Source: Tubiluchus corallicola (taxonomy: Eukaryota; Animalia; Priapulida). Taken from it: DNA of 64,000 nucleotides. Position 1 is the stretch's first letter. The number at the start of each line of letters is the position of its first letter. Both the position numbers and the translations under genes were made by a program. The stretch covers positions 248,001-312,000 of the forward strand of contig JAQGDQ010000196.1 of assembly GCA_030141605.1 (NCBI GenBank), in the 5' to 3' direction. The notes beneath the pieces are model-generated. The model had not been told where the DNA came from, searched no databases, and was given only the letters and a program-made list of their open reading frames with translations. Below are positions 51,601 through 63,483 of this stretch, one piece after another.

Positions 51601-54443
51601 AGTGGGCTCCTTCCAATGGCGAGAGGTCAACAAATGTTGAAGCAACAAGTTGCGCTGTCACTACAACCAAACTGTCAACAAGGGCTGTGCTCCCCATCAC
51701 TCCTGTAAAGGTACAGGTGCAAGGCGGACGTCCAATTCAGACAATGGCTTTGTTGGACCCAGGATCAACTAATACGTTCTGTTCCAAGGCCATATATGAT
51801 GAGCTGGGAGCTGTTGGCAAGAAACAAGTCGTGTCACTGACTACAATTGAAAAGAAGCATTCAAAAATACATACTTCTGTGACCAAGATGTACGTCAGTA
51901 AGTTGGATGGATCAAACAAAATGAAACTTCCCTTTGTCTTTGTCAGGCCATCTTTGATGTTGGATGTGACTGACTATTTGGTAGACGAACAAGACATTAG
52001 TAACTGGCCTCATCTCAAAGATGTTCCTTTGACGCTAGCTGATTCACGTGAACTGCAGCTCGGGTTAATTATAGGACAAGACGTCTCTGATGCATTAATG
52101 CCTTTAGAAACACGCTGTGGGCCAAGAGGAGTTCCGTATGCAACAAGGACTAGACTTGGATGGACATTAAATGGCCTGATAGGAGGCGGCAATGAGGACA
52201 CTAAAAAGCTGTCAAACAACCTTCTTCAGGCAGAACAGGTTACCAGCCAGCGACAAGTCGAAAAATTTTGGAAAATGGACGCTGTTGACGATAGCATACA
52301 GTACTCCCATGACGATAAGTTGGCGCTGAGCATTTGGGAGAAGTCCATCACCAAAAGAAATGGTCACTACGAATTGGAGATACCTTTTAAGTCTAATGAT
52401 GACAACATTCCTGACAGTTTTCAAATGGCTTCAAAGAGGTTGGCAAGCCTTCGCTGTAGACTCAGCAAGAATAAGTTGTTGCATGAAAAATACTCCCAAG
52501 CCATGGCTGATCTGCTCCAAAAGGGATACGCAGAAGAAGTTGTTGAACATGATACGAATGTTGCAACATGGTACTTGTCACATTTTCCAGTTTTTAATGA
52601 GAACAAACCCGAAAAAACTAGGATCGTATTTGATTGTTCGGCAACAGAAGACGCAGTCTCTCTCAACATGTTGGCACTACAAGGTCCAGATCTGACTAAT
52701 AAATTGCTTGGTGTCCTGCTATGCTTTAGAAAGTATCCAGTAGTAATCATGGCTGATGTTCGTGAGATGTTTCACCAGGTGTACGTAGCACCGAAGAATA
52801 GGGACATGTTGAGATTTCTCTGGTGGAATGATGGAAACCTAGATGCGCCACCCTCCATATTTCGAATGACAGTCCACCTTTTTGGCGGTGTGTGGTCGCC
52901 CAGCGTAGCTTCATTTGCTCTCCAACAGACAGCTAGAGATAACGTCAACTGTTTTGATGAGCATGCATTAAATACGGTGGTACATAGCTTCTATGTCGAC
53001 GACCCCTTTAAATCTGTGGAAACTGCAAAAGAACCAATCGATTTGATGTCAAAATTAATACAGATTCTAGACACTGGAGGTTTCCACTTGACCAAATGGA
53101 TGAGTAACGACAGAGACGTATTAGCATGTGTGCCAATTGAAGAACGAGGAAAGAACATTAAGAATCTTGATCTAACCCAGGACGATCTACCAAATGAACG
53201 AGCCTTAGGGGTTAAATGGGATGTCAAAAGCGATATACTTGGCATTCAGGTTAAGCTGCGAGAAAAGCCAAGCACCAAGCGGGGACTACTTAGGTCATTA
53301 GCAAGCACCTATGATCCCCTAGGCATGGTCTCGCCTTTCATTTTACAAGCGAAAAGACTGTTTCAGAACGAATGCCGGATCCAGGAAAAATCATGGGATG
53401 ATAGACTGGAAGAAGAGACTGAGAAAAGTTGGGATAAATGGAAATCTGATTGTCCTGCACTAGAATACTTTACGCTAGACAGATGCCTGAAGCCAAGAGA
53501 TTTTGGAAGAATTGCTGACTTGCAGCTGCATCACTTCAGCGATGCATCCCAGTATGCTTACGGCACTGTAACTTATGCACGGATGGAAAATGCTGATGGA
53601 GTTGTACACACAGCATTTGTAATGGCAAAGTCTAGGCTAGCACCTATGAAAAGCCTAACCATACCACGCCTTGAGTTGTGCACAGCAGTATTAGCCTCAA
53701 CTGTCGACAAACAACTGAGAAGAGAATTGTCCATACCCATCAGCGAGTTCGTGTTTTGGTGTGACAGCACTATAGTGCTTCAATACATACGCAACACCAC
53801 AAGACGTTTCCATACTTTCGTGCAAAATAGAGTGACTACCATACTAGAAACTTCGTCGCCAGTTCAGTGGCATTATATCAGTACCGCAGATAATCCAGCT
53901 GATGACGTATCCCGAGGAATGGACGCCAATGCCTTAGTAAAATCTCAGCGTTGGAAATATGGTCCTAGTTTTCTGCGAAAAGCCCAACATGAATGGCCGC
54001 AGCATGATCCGAGCAAAGAAAATGATGAACTTAACGACGATAAAGAAGTCAAGCAGACGACATGTTCCACTACTGTAAAACACATACAGGATAGAAACGA
54101 CACAATTAGCAAGCACATTGAACATTTTTCGTCATTTTACAACCTCAAGAAAGCAGCAGCTTGGATTCTTCGTCTGAAGGACATTTTGCAAAAGAAGATC
54201 AGAGGAGAAAAACCTGAAGTACCTCCAAAGTTAACAGTGCAAGAGCTGACAAGAGCTCAAGATGCATTAGTAAAATTCGTTCGGACTCAGAACTTTGGCA
54301 TGGAATATAAGGCGCTTACACAAAAATCTGCTAAATTGATGCGCATCCCTAAATCAAGCAGGCTACGAAAACTTGATCCGTTCATTTGCGAGAAGGGTTT
54401 GCTACGTGTTGGTGGACGACTGAAGGCGCCAGGCACCCTATGA
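51372..54443 (+). CDS. Bel-Pao polyprotein segment: Zn knuckles, aspartic protease, reverse transcriptase, RNase H
   Basis: ALLDPGSTNTF; KTRIVFDCSA...QGPDL...MADVREMFHQ...HLFGGVWSPS...FYVDD; LHHFSDASQYAYG, TIPRLEL, WCDS, NPADDVSRG; GLLRVGGRL. Confidence 0.95.
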   Translation: MSENVFCNSAEHVSLKNCEQFKDKSEEERLQFARKSRLCFNCLQKGNQRAGSCYKPGCTRQGCRRKHSALLHDALEKWAPSNGERSTNVEATSCAVTTTKLSTRAVLPITPVKVQVQGGRPIQTMALLDPGSTNTFCSKAIYDELGAVGKKQVVSLTTIEKKHSKIHTSVTKMYVSKLDGSNKMKLPFVFVRPSLMLDVTDYLVDEQDISNWPHLKDVPLTLADSRELQLGLIIGQDVSDALMPLETRCGPRGVPYATRTRLGWTLNGLIGGGNEDTKKLSNNLLQAEQVTSQRQVEKFWKMDAVDDSIQYSHDDKLALSIWEKSITKRNGHYELEIPFKSNDDNIPDSFQMASKRLASLRCRLSKNKLLHEKYSQAMADLLQKGYAEEVVEHDTNVATWYLSHFPVFNENKPEKTRIVFDCSATEDAVSLNMLALQGPDLTNKLLGVLLCFRKYPVVIMADVREMFHQVYVAPKNRDMLRFLWWNDGNLDAPPSIFRMTVHLFGGVWSPSVASFALQQTARDNVNCFDEHALNTVVHSFYVDDPFKSVETAKEPIDLMSKLIQILDTGGFHLTKWMSNDRDVLACVPIEERGKNIKNLDLTQDDLPNERALGVKWDVKSDILGIQVKLREKPSTKRGLLRSLASTYDPLGMVSPFILQAKRLFQNECRIQEKSWDDRLEEETEKSWDKWKSDCPALEYFTLDRCLKPRDFGRIADLQLHHFSDASQYAYGTVTYARMENADGVVHTAFVMAKSRLAPMKSLTIPRLELCTAVLASTVDKQLRRELSIPISEFVFWCDSTIVLQYIRNTTRRFHTFVQNRVTTILETSSPVQWHYISTADNPADDVSRGMDANALVKSQRWKYGPSFLRKAQHEWPQHDPSKENDELNDDKEVKQTTCSTTVKHIQDRNDTISKHIEHFSSFYNLKKAAAWILRLKDILQKKIRGEKPEVPPKLTVQELTRAQDALVKFVRTQNFGMEYKALTQKSAKLMRIPKSSRLRKLDPFICEKGLLRVGGRLKAPGTL

Positions 54444-55563
54444 TATTACCGAGAAAGCATAAGCTGTCAGAGCTAATCATTCGTCATTACCACGAAACGA
54501 ACGGCCACATTGGCAGGGAACATGTCATAGCTTTAGTAAGAAATGAATTTCGGATAATTCATGCAAGAGCCTTGGCACGCAAAGTCCTGTACGAATGCCG
54601 ACATTGCAGGCTTCGCAAGCCATCTTTCCTTGATCAAAAGATGGCAGATTTGCCTATTGACAGACTACAGCCATCAGACGCTTTTACCACTATTGGCATT
54701 GATTGTTTTGGCCCGATACAGACCAAGAGAGGTCGCTCACACATTAAACGCTATGGAGTCATCTTTACATGCCTAGCTACACGCAGTATTCACTTGGAAG
54801 TCCTATTTGACATGTCCACTGATTCGGTTATAAAGGCGATTAACAGATTTTGCTGCCGCCGAAGGAAGCCAGACAAAATCAGGTCAGATTGTGGGACTAA
54901 TTTTGTAGGAGCAAGCAGAGAGCTGAGAAAGTCTATAGCCGAGTGGAACAATGACGTCATACATTCAGAGCTTCTTCAGCGGCAAATAGAATGGCAATTC
55001 AACCCACCAAGAGCCCCACACATGGAAGGTGTTTGGGAGTCTCTCATTAAGAGTGTGAAGAAGATTCTCTTTCCAACGAACAAACCTTGGATGATGAAGG
55101 CTTGGCAACCCTGTTTTGTATAGTTGAAAATATAGTTAATAGCAGACCGCTAACTACAGTTTCTGACGATGTTGACGACTTCAATCCGTTGACTCCGAAT
55201 CACTTTCTTCAGATCAGCGCAGTTCCAAACCTGCCTTTGGGAAAGTTTTGTCAGGCAGATCTCTTTCGACGAAAGTGGAGACAAATACAGTATCTCTCGG
55301 ATATCTTTTGGCGCAGATGGTTGACTGAATATTTGCCCACTCTACAGACTCGAAGCAAATGGAACAAGGAGCAGAAGAATGTTGAAATAGGAGACATCGT
55401 ATTAGTTCTGGATGAGACACCAAGGAATCACTGGATGCTAGGACGGATCATTGAAGCACGGAAAAGCAGTGATGGACTAGTGAGAAGTGTGATGTTGAAG
55501 ACTAGAGATGGGACTCTAAAACGACCAATTCATAAAATAAGTTTAATCGAATGTAACAATTAG
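54430..55563 (+). pseudogene. Bel-Pao integrase (HHCC, DDE core, DUF5641-like tail), split by a frameshift at ~55075
   Basis: HPMILP, HETNGH...CRHC, GIDCFGP, RSDCGTNFVG, GVWESL, VNSRPL, FWRRWLTEYLPTLQTRSKW, RPIHKI. Confidence 0.93.
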
Positions 55564-55708
55564 TTGATTTTGTTAAGCATTCATAAACTGTATGTTTAAG
55601 TTAAACTTTGAAGTAGATGTATGTCAATTTAGTCAGTCATGATATGTTATTACACTGTTGGTTTCCTTTAATTTTGTAAATGCTGCAGGAGAGCATTTAA
55701 GGAGGCAG

Positions 55709-55994
55709 TGTTTTGGATATAAGCACGTGGTGCCTCCTGGTGTTTGTTTTTCCTAGTTTAGACAGGTGAGCTAGGTCAGGAAATAGGCCATTGGCCTCAT
55801 TTCACAGTTAGCATATGAAATAAGTGAGTCACCGGTATGCGGCAAAGATGTAAGTTTCATTTCTTCACATTTCGTCATGTCATATTATTATTAATTATCA
55901 TTATACCAGTTACTTAATGTTTTGACGTTGGTTTAGCAGAAAGAATTTTTAATTTTTCTTCAGATAAAACGAAGTCGAACGCATGTCGTGTACA
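55709..55994 (+). repeat. 3' LTR, preceded by a polypurine-tract-like aaggaggcag
   Basis: Direct repeat of the 5' LTR, followed by TSD CTAGG. Confidence 0.97.
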
Positions 55995-56644
55995 CTAGGT
56001 AATAGGAATGCTTCAGAAAAAAGAACCAAACTGTAAACACTGAAAAGTTAAAAAGAGCTTCAGATGAATTTTTTCAATGTGCGCCATTTTACAGTGTCTG
56101 TGTGGGCCAGTAAGTGGCGTACTCTACCGGCGTTGTTTTGTAACTTTTGATTTTCTTTCGAAACGCGGCACAAATAGCAAAGAAGGGTTGCAGTTTATAC
56201 AATGAAAATTGGAACATACGATACTTTGAGGCTTCATACTGTACAAAAAATATGACTGTATGAAGAAGAAAGCCAATGTTCTAGCACATTAAGTGCTTGT
56301 TAAGAACAATAATTTTCTTGCTTGTAGTCCTTCGTTGTTTTGAATACATGACTTTTTGTATCATGCAACTTTGAAGGTTTTTGACTTTCCAGCAGATTTC
56401 ACTTTAAAGATGTTTTCACGTGTCAGCTCCAAGATGCGTAAAGATTAGGAAACTTGAAACTTTGAAGCCCTGTACATTTCCTTGAGTACTGTTTCTTTCA
56501 GTTGCTCAGCACATATATACACTCACATACTGACTGACCTTACTGACTAACCAGCTAACTAGCTATGATTTACTTAGTGTCGGTTAGTTATTTAATTAGT
56601 TAGTGTTGGTCTAGCTAAGCTAATCAGAGAGTCAATCAATTAGT

Positions 56645-56770
56645 TTTGGCAATTTTGTGGTATGGCAGGTTTGGTGGTATGGCAGGTTTGGCGATATGGC
56701 ACATTTAGCACTATGGCGGTATAGCAGGTTTGGCAATGTGGCATTTGGCGGGTGGTGTTGGTATGGGAAG
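56645..56770. repeat. Degenerate GGTATGGCAGGTTTGG minisatellite
   Basis: Five to six imperfect ~17-bp units. Confidence 0.7.
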
Positions 56771-56899
56771 GAGGTAGAGTGTCGACAATGGGACTGATAT
56801 AGGAAGGTAGAAGGGTGTTAGGGTGTGAGGAAAACCACCTAAACTGCAAGTGCGCCACAATGGCCCGAAATAAAGACCACCGAGCATTCCCTTTGGAAT

Positions 56900-58720
56900 G
56901 CCGCTATGAACATTAATCCACTCATAGATAATACATTTAAAACTCCTGACAAAGACAATTTGTTACCTAGAGTCTTAATTGATACAAAGGATCACATTTC
57001 AGCCCCTTTAGCACATGTTATAAACTTATCCCTCGAAAATGGATGTATTCCTAATAAGCTAAAGGAGTCGGTAATTGTTCCTTTGTTTAAAGCTAAGAAC
57101 CCTATGGACTTGAGGAATTATAGACCCATCTCCCTCCTACCATTTTTTCTAAAATTTTTGAAAACTTTTTGAGTTCAGTTGTCAGATTACCTAAACAAAA
57201 AAAAATATTATTAATACAGAACAGTTTGGGTTCAGGAAAGGTTGTTCAACTGAAATAGCTTTAGTTAAAATTGTAGAAAACAAAATAATTAAATACAGAA
57301 GGTAAAAAAGGTCACTTGGTATTTTTTGCTACCTGTCAAAAGCTTTTGACTCGGTCGATCATGATATACTACTATCAAAACTATTTTACTATGGAATCAG
57401 GGACAAGGCTCATCAGCGGTTAGAAAATTACCTTAAAGAGCATACACAAGTAGTTAAATATAATGGTTGTTTCTCTTCAGAAAAAATATAACTCATGGTG
57501 TGCCGCAAGGGTCAATTTTGAGACCACTTTTGTTCTAAATATATATAAATGATTTATTACATTTCCTAATTAGTTCTGTGGAAGTTGTAACTGTATATTT
57601 TTAGGTGCTGCCATCTATTAACTAATCACTTTACATTTTACCAGCTAAACTCACCCATAATATAATTGTTCGGTCCAGTGAATATGCATACTCACTGGAT
57701 CTCTCCCTATTTTACTGTAATGGTATTTGTGAAGCCAAGTTTGCATAATTACCTATACCTATATATACTGACTGGATTCTACTTCTAGTCACTCTCTGTC
57801 TCACTCTCAATGCAGTGCAGAAGTCATGCTAGTCGTGCTACACAACTGTCTAACTCACACTCTGTGCAGTGCAGCAGTCGTGATCCTCATTTTACTTACT
57901 GTCTAACTCTCAGTGATCAGTGCAGGACATTCTTGTCCTCAGTGTGCAGTGTAGCAGTCATTCTACATATGTGTATGTAGTCTAATAAATGTTTCAGTTT
58001 TGTGCAGATATGTGGTATAGTGTTTTATTCTTTTTCTACAAAGTGTTCAACTACAACTTCATACAAGACTTTCACAAGTTCCAAAATGATTCAATATGCT
58101 GACGACACTAGCCTCCTTTTTAATATTAATCAGTTCAATGCGCAAAACACAGACAAGATAAATGATGAACTCGAACAAATTCCTATGTGATTCAAAATTA
58201 ATAAGCTTTCCCCAAATCCGTCAAAAACTAAATACATTGTTTTTAGGTCGCGTTATAAAAATATTCTAAGTAATATTGACATCAACATAGCTCAGGTGCC
58301 CATAACATGAGTAAATGAAATGAAATTTTTAGGTGTAATCATTAATGAATTTTTAGATTGGCAAGCACACATTAATAAGCTATGAGTTAAAATGTCTAAA
58401 AACATAGGAATTATTTAACATATAAAACAATATACTTCCAAAAAAACATATGATTTCACTATACAGTAGTCTTGTTTTGCCATATCTGACCTACTGTGCA
58501 ATCCTGTGGGGTACAACGTATGCCAGTGTGTTAAACAGTATGACAACGCAAATGCAACCGTCAGATGTATAACTTACGGAAAAGATTCCAGATAGGCAAC
58601 AATTATTTCAATGAAAACAGAATTTTATTATTTGATAATTTAGACAAATGATTAAAAATAGCCCTTCCGTTAAAAAATTTGAAGAAACATTTAAACTACA
58701 AAACTTCAACTTGTATAGTA
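56900..58720 (+). mobile_element. Decayed LINE (CR1/L2/Crack-group) reverse transcriptase region, interrupted by a solo LTR
   Basis: NYRPISLL, QFGFRKG, LSKAFDSVDHDILLSKL, GVPQGSIL, IYINDL, then after the insertion YADDT, KFLGVII, LPYLTYCAILWG; multiple stops and frameshifts. Confidence 0.9.
57577..58076 (+). mobile_element. Solo LTR (500 bp) inserted in the LINE RT
   Basis: TGTGGAAGT...ACTTTCACA inverted termini; 5-bp TSD AGTTC (57572-57576, 58077-58081); TATA-like run ~57760 and AATAAA at 57984; LINE frame resumes after it. Confidence 0.85.
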
Positions 58721-59779
58721 CTTCATAGTTTTTTCCCTTCCTCTTAACCCAGTAAAGTTCATCCTCTGCAATATAATCATTATTTGTTATTTCAGTTCTA
58801 GGTTAATATACCATTGGCAGTCACAGCATGATGCTAGCCATGGCGTATTCGTATAACGTACGCAATTATTATTAATTATCATTTACTGAATTCATTATTA
58901 CATATGATTGCACGTCGGCACTATCATAATAACTATAATTCTCACATCTTTTTCTGTTCTTTTCTCGTTTTAACCATAACATTTTTTACTTATTCCTGTT
59001 CTACATGCTTTTGTATATAAATTCTCCTCCTTATTTCTATTTCACATTCAGCCATTCTTACATTTACAAGCTATTAGTATTAATAAGCTTCTTGCTGCAG
59101 TGGTGTTATCATGAATTGATACTAATATTTATAACTATATCCGTTAATTTCAACTAAATCACACAATGATGTACATTATATGTACGTAAAATGTATGTTA
59201 CTAGTATGGTAATTACTATTTATGTGAAATAAATAAGTAAAATTGAAAAAATAAATAAAATTGAAACTCTACGTTACCTCCTGCAAGAAAAGAACTAAAC
59301 CAAGAAGATTAAATCTCAAAAAGCTAAATAAATAACAGTAAACATCAAGCAAAAAAATAAACTCAATAGAAAGACGCGAGTTCATTAAAAAATGTATTAA
59401 AGAAATGTATCTATTGTTCACTGACCTGCATTGACGCCATACTTTTTTGCTGTCAGCAGTGTGAATTTCGTCAACGCACCGCGTCGACAATCGTAACTCA
59501 CAATTCCTTTATTCATTTAAAAACATAGAGGTATATACAATTATTTATGGCCGTTATAAACGAAATATTGATTTCCAAGAAAACTGTTACTCCGGGAATT
59601 ATTTATTAATGAAGTTTTTAAATTTAGCTTAAAAACAAGATAGTGCTTTTTTGTTACGTGCATTGGTCATAATCGTGAAGAAGTCAAAGTCTCGAAAAAT
59701 TGATGTGAAAAAAACTTTTTGAGACTTAGTGGGCACTTTGACTTCTTTGCGATTATGTTTTCAAATTTATTAACAATGC

Positions 59780-61443
59780 AAAATATATAATTATGCTGAC
59801 AATAGGCCGTTATAAGCAGGACAGAATGTGCTCCAAACATTAAACAAACTAGATTCTAATTGTAGCAAAGTGTTGAACTGGTTTGAAGATAATAGCATGA
59901 AAGCAAATTCAGAAAAATTCCACGTTGTTGCCATTGGAAATAAATCACAAGCACTAAATCTAAACTTCGACATTGACGCAAAAAATCAAAATTAATGTGA
60001 CAATCAAATAAAAATCTTGGGTACATGTTTGCAAAATCCAATATAAAAACAAGTAGAAGTCCTTCCTAACTGTAAGTAGAAGAATTGCAGCATAATTTAT
60101 TATTTATATCATTCTTTCACCCTGTTAAAGGAAAAGCGGATAATTGTGTAAACATTAGTTCAGAATAAAGAATGCTCTAAAGTGATGAAAACTACAAAAG
60201 CTTTTTTTAAATCAAAGCTTAGATTAAATAATAATTACCTCGCATACTCAAATTTCGTTAAACTTTCAAAGCCACGCGCGGCTCAGTGATTCTTCTAAGA
60301 TTGGCAGCGGCGCGTTTTTGTCACGTTAGCGTGGTCGATAAATAGAAGGCGGTACCATGGTAACAATGATCATGAACTACAGTGTTAGTTTCTCACGTCA
60401 TATGGATGTAGAGCCCATTTTCGTGACATCATACGTTTAAGCAGTAACACTTACGCAAACGTGCTTAACGCGCAAGGGAGATGTCTGCCATTGCACAAAC
60501 TGTATTAGTTTCTGACGTAAGCAATAGCTGCGTTCGGTTGCCGTTAATTAACTTTCTAAGCTAATTATTCAAATATAAGAAACATTTGCTAACTTTGTAG
60601 GCAAGAAAATGTGTATTTTGGACAGTAAATTAAAATGAGATTGAGTCTAAACAATCGTCCAGCCTTCCTTTAAAGTTTAATTACTGTCTGCCTGTATGGC
60701 ATTTTAGTAGTTACGCAGTAACGAACAAACGTGAAAAAATTTAAGAAAGGGCACTGAGATTTACCTACAGTGATTATGCCTTAAGTTATGAAACATGCTA
60801 AACAAATTTAAAAATTCGTTAATTCTTTGCGTATAAGAACTTTAGCCTTAGAAATATTTAAAATTCTAAACAAAGAAGGAGCTAGCTACTTATACGACCT
60901 GATGGCAATTAAAGAATCTAAGTATTCATTCCGATATATTAAAATTACAAATGTACCACGCATCAAATGCACTAAATACGGCTAAACTCTGCGACATTCT
61001 GCCGCAGTTCGCGGAATCAATTGCCAAACGATAAGCGAAATGCTTAATGTAGTTATGAACTTATGGTATGTTTCAAAATATAAATTCGTGGAAAGATGAC
61101 GAATATAAATGTACTGCATGTCGCAGAAATTGAAAATTTTATGGTTCTGATTAAGCTGTACTTCCAAACTATGAACTGTTTTCGAATGTGATTTTAACTC
61201 GATTAATTAAAGGCGTTGATTTTAGCATCTAAGTTAGCATTTATGATTTTAAAGTCTGCTAGGATCCAAAGTGTTTTATTGTAGCAGTATAATTGTAAAA
61301 TCTTTTTATCGCCTAAGCACTATTTTTACTAGTAGACTGGCTTTGTAATATATGTCGGCTTAAAAGTTATTAGGAGTTAGTGTTTTTTGTGTTTATGTAA
61401 AACCCGACTTTAAATAAAATTTGATTTATTTTGATTGATTTGA
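59780..61443 (+). mobile_element. Decayed LINE (Crack/L2/CR1-group) 3' part with a (TTTGA)-type tail, interrupted by a MITE
   Basis: YNYADN..., VLNWFEDNSMKANSEKFHVVAIG, IKILG; resumes ~60685 with CLPVWHF...ERALRFTYSDY...CTKYG; ends aataaaatttgatttattttgattgatttga. Confidence 0.75.
60125..60673. mobile_element. TTAA-flanked MITE (Kolobok-like) nested in the LINE
   Basis: TTAA|AGGAAAAGCGGA...TCCAGCCTTCCT|TTAA imperfect terminal inverted repeats. Confidence 0.65.
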
Positions 61444-63005
61444 GAACGTACGTATTATCACGTCCGGTATTAACTTAGCGCTAGGCCGTTCGACTGCTAA
61501 TACACAGTGTGCACACTCATGTGTCATCATAAATATAATAGCAGCAAATAAATGCGGTGAAATGTTTTTTTTCGCACTCCGCAACAATGTGAGGTTATAT
61601 CTATTAGGAAGCCCTTGCATCTCAGCAATGTACTTAGGCACGGAACTTAACGACTTGGGTTACCAGTATAAAAGCACTACGCTGTTTGGTGCAATTAGTC
61701 TGTATGTATAATTAGTCTGTACGGAAAAATAGTCTAGCATAGACTAATTTTAAAGGGGACAGGTCATTTTGGCGCGGCCGTTTGGGCGCCCGCCCACTTG
61801 GGCGCGAGACATTTCGGCACAAGAATCGACGCACACTACGCTTGAATAATTTCTGTGTCGCACTACAACACGTGATGCTTATAGCTGGCCTATTAGGTGA
61901 AACCTCTTTGTTTCTTTAGTCGCAGACTAATTTTTTCAATGTACCTAAAGTTTTTGTAAACGAATAAACAATTATTTTCGTGAATACGATCATGTAATTG
62001 ACATTAGAAATAATTAAAACACTCACCATGTGCAAAAACCTGCTGTTTTTAAAGCTTATTAAAAACTCTTACAACTCGAAAGTTAAATTACATTACATTA
62101 AGATGCACTGAAGTTTAAAATTACAATTAAATTATATTACATTAAAACGACTTTACAAAACATTAATTAAGAAAGACTGAAGTTTAAATTACATTACATT
62201 TAAAAGACAATAATTTACGTGAATATTAACCTCATTAAAATCCATTATTATAATAATCTCGTGTCACAGTGTATACAGTAATAATGAAGTTACTGATAAT
62301 TAAAAAGTGCAGAGGTATAAAACTTAGACTGTGAAGAGGCTTAATCTTGAAAGTGATAATTATGTATATTTGCGTTATAACGATGCGTTATAACGTTATG
62401 TCAGCGTTCAGATTACAACTGTCCTGCTACGTTCTGTTAACTTTATCAATGTATGATACTGTGTAAATAATTATCGGAGTTAACAAGATAGGAAAATTTC
62501 AAATTGACAAGAACGTGTGGAAGGCAAAGTTGAACACCAGTTAAACCATAAGTATACCACAGGTTAAGACTCAGCATTAGTTGACTTAAATTTCAAAAGC
62601 TTTTCAATACAATATAGGCGATACACCCTAAAACATATTATGAAAGAAATCTACTTAGATCTTTTCGTATAAGCATTAAACACCTGAATGTGTCAATTTT
62701 GTATGATATTGTTTAAAACCTACTTCGTAAGCAATGTGCAAAAGCACACCTGTTTCATACAGCCAGTGAGTATTAAAAATTGTTCATGTTGCTGTTGGCA
62801 TTAAACAACTAGCCTACTGTATTGTCTTACGTAAAGATTTAGTTCATTTTATTCTTTGTAATCGTTAAACATATCGACAGACTGTATTTAGTCAGTTTTC
62901 TTCTATTAAATTTCTTAGACGTTTATTGAGTAAAGGTCTAAAATAGAAAACTCATTTTTTTCTTCTCCTGCAGGACACACCATTTTCTGTAGGGAGGGTG
63001 TGCAC

Positions 63006-63483
63006 TGTAACAATACCATAGATATGGTTTGTTTAGATAAAAGATCTTGGTGATTGCTTAGGAGGGTTCTGCATTCGAGACTGTCATGCTGCTCTGATCT
63101 TCTTTTTTCACTTCTTCAGTTTTGTCACTAAGTGCAGGTTGCATATACAAGCTAAATTCTTCACGCCATTTTTTCCATGCTTGTGACAGATTGCGTGATT
63201 CGAAGTTTAGTGCGTTAGGTGGTTTTAGCTGATTCATAGTTCTCTACAAATTTGCCGTCCGAATAAATACTCAAAACAACTAGTTCACTTCTGACACCAT
63301 GTTACACGCTACAATAATATTAGCAACCAGACAAATGCGTGCATAATAAAGTAGTATTTATTAAACTAATTAGGAACTTAAACAAAGAAGATCAGAGCAG
63401 CATGGCAGTCTCGAATGCAGAACACTCCTAAGCAATCACCAAGATCTTTTATCTACACAAACCATATCTATGGTATTGTTACA
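63006..63483 (-). mobile_element. 478-bp fold-back derivative of a Gypsy (Mag-like) LTR element: LTR, PBS, gag start, inverted partial LTR
   Basis: Minus strand: 184-bp LTR TGTAAC...GTAACA (63483-63300); PBS TGGTGTCAGAAGTG (63299-63286); gag start MNQLKPPNALNFESRNLSQAWKKWREEFSLY (ATG 63237). 100-bp inverted arms 63006-63105 / 63384-63483 (97/100); TSD TGCAC. Confidence 0.9.

Larger units (their letters stand above)
48994..55994 (+). mobile_element. Near full-length Bel-Pao LTR retrotransposon (7001 bp) carrying a glycogenin-like domain
   Basis: TG...CA LTRs of 286 bp; TSD CTAGG (48989-48993, 55995-55999); domain order Gag, protease, RT, RNase H, integrase with Bel-Pao signatures; purine tract before the 3' LTR. 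Confidence 0.97.

Noticed and set aside
49412-55423. Antisense and alternate-frame ORFs inside the Bel-Pao element
   Set aside because: Shadows of the real coding frame, with no independent motifs.
61660-61950. GGCGC-rich short repeats and TAGTCT/AGACTA inverted motifs
   Set aside because: Probably DNA-transposon end fragments; I could not define ends or a TSD.
62021-62029. Minus-strand ATG|GTGAGT as UBE2W exon 1
   Set aside because: Phase-compatible, but too short to distinguish from chance and set in repeat-like DNA.
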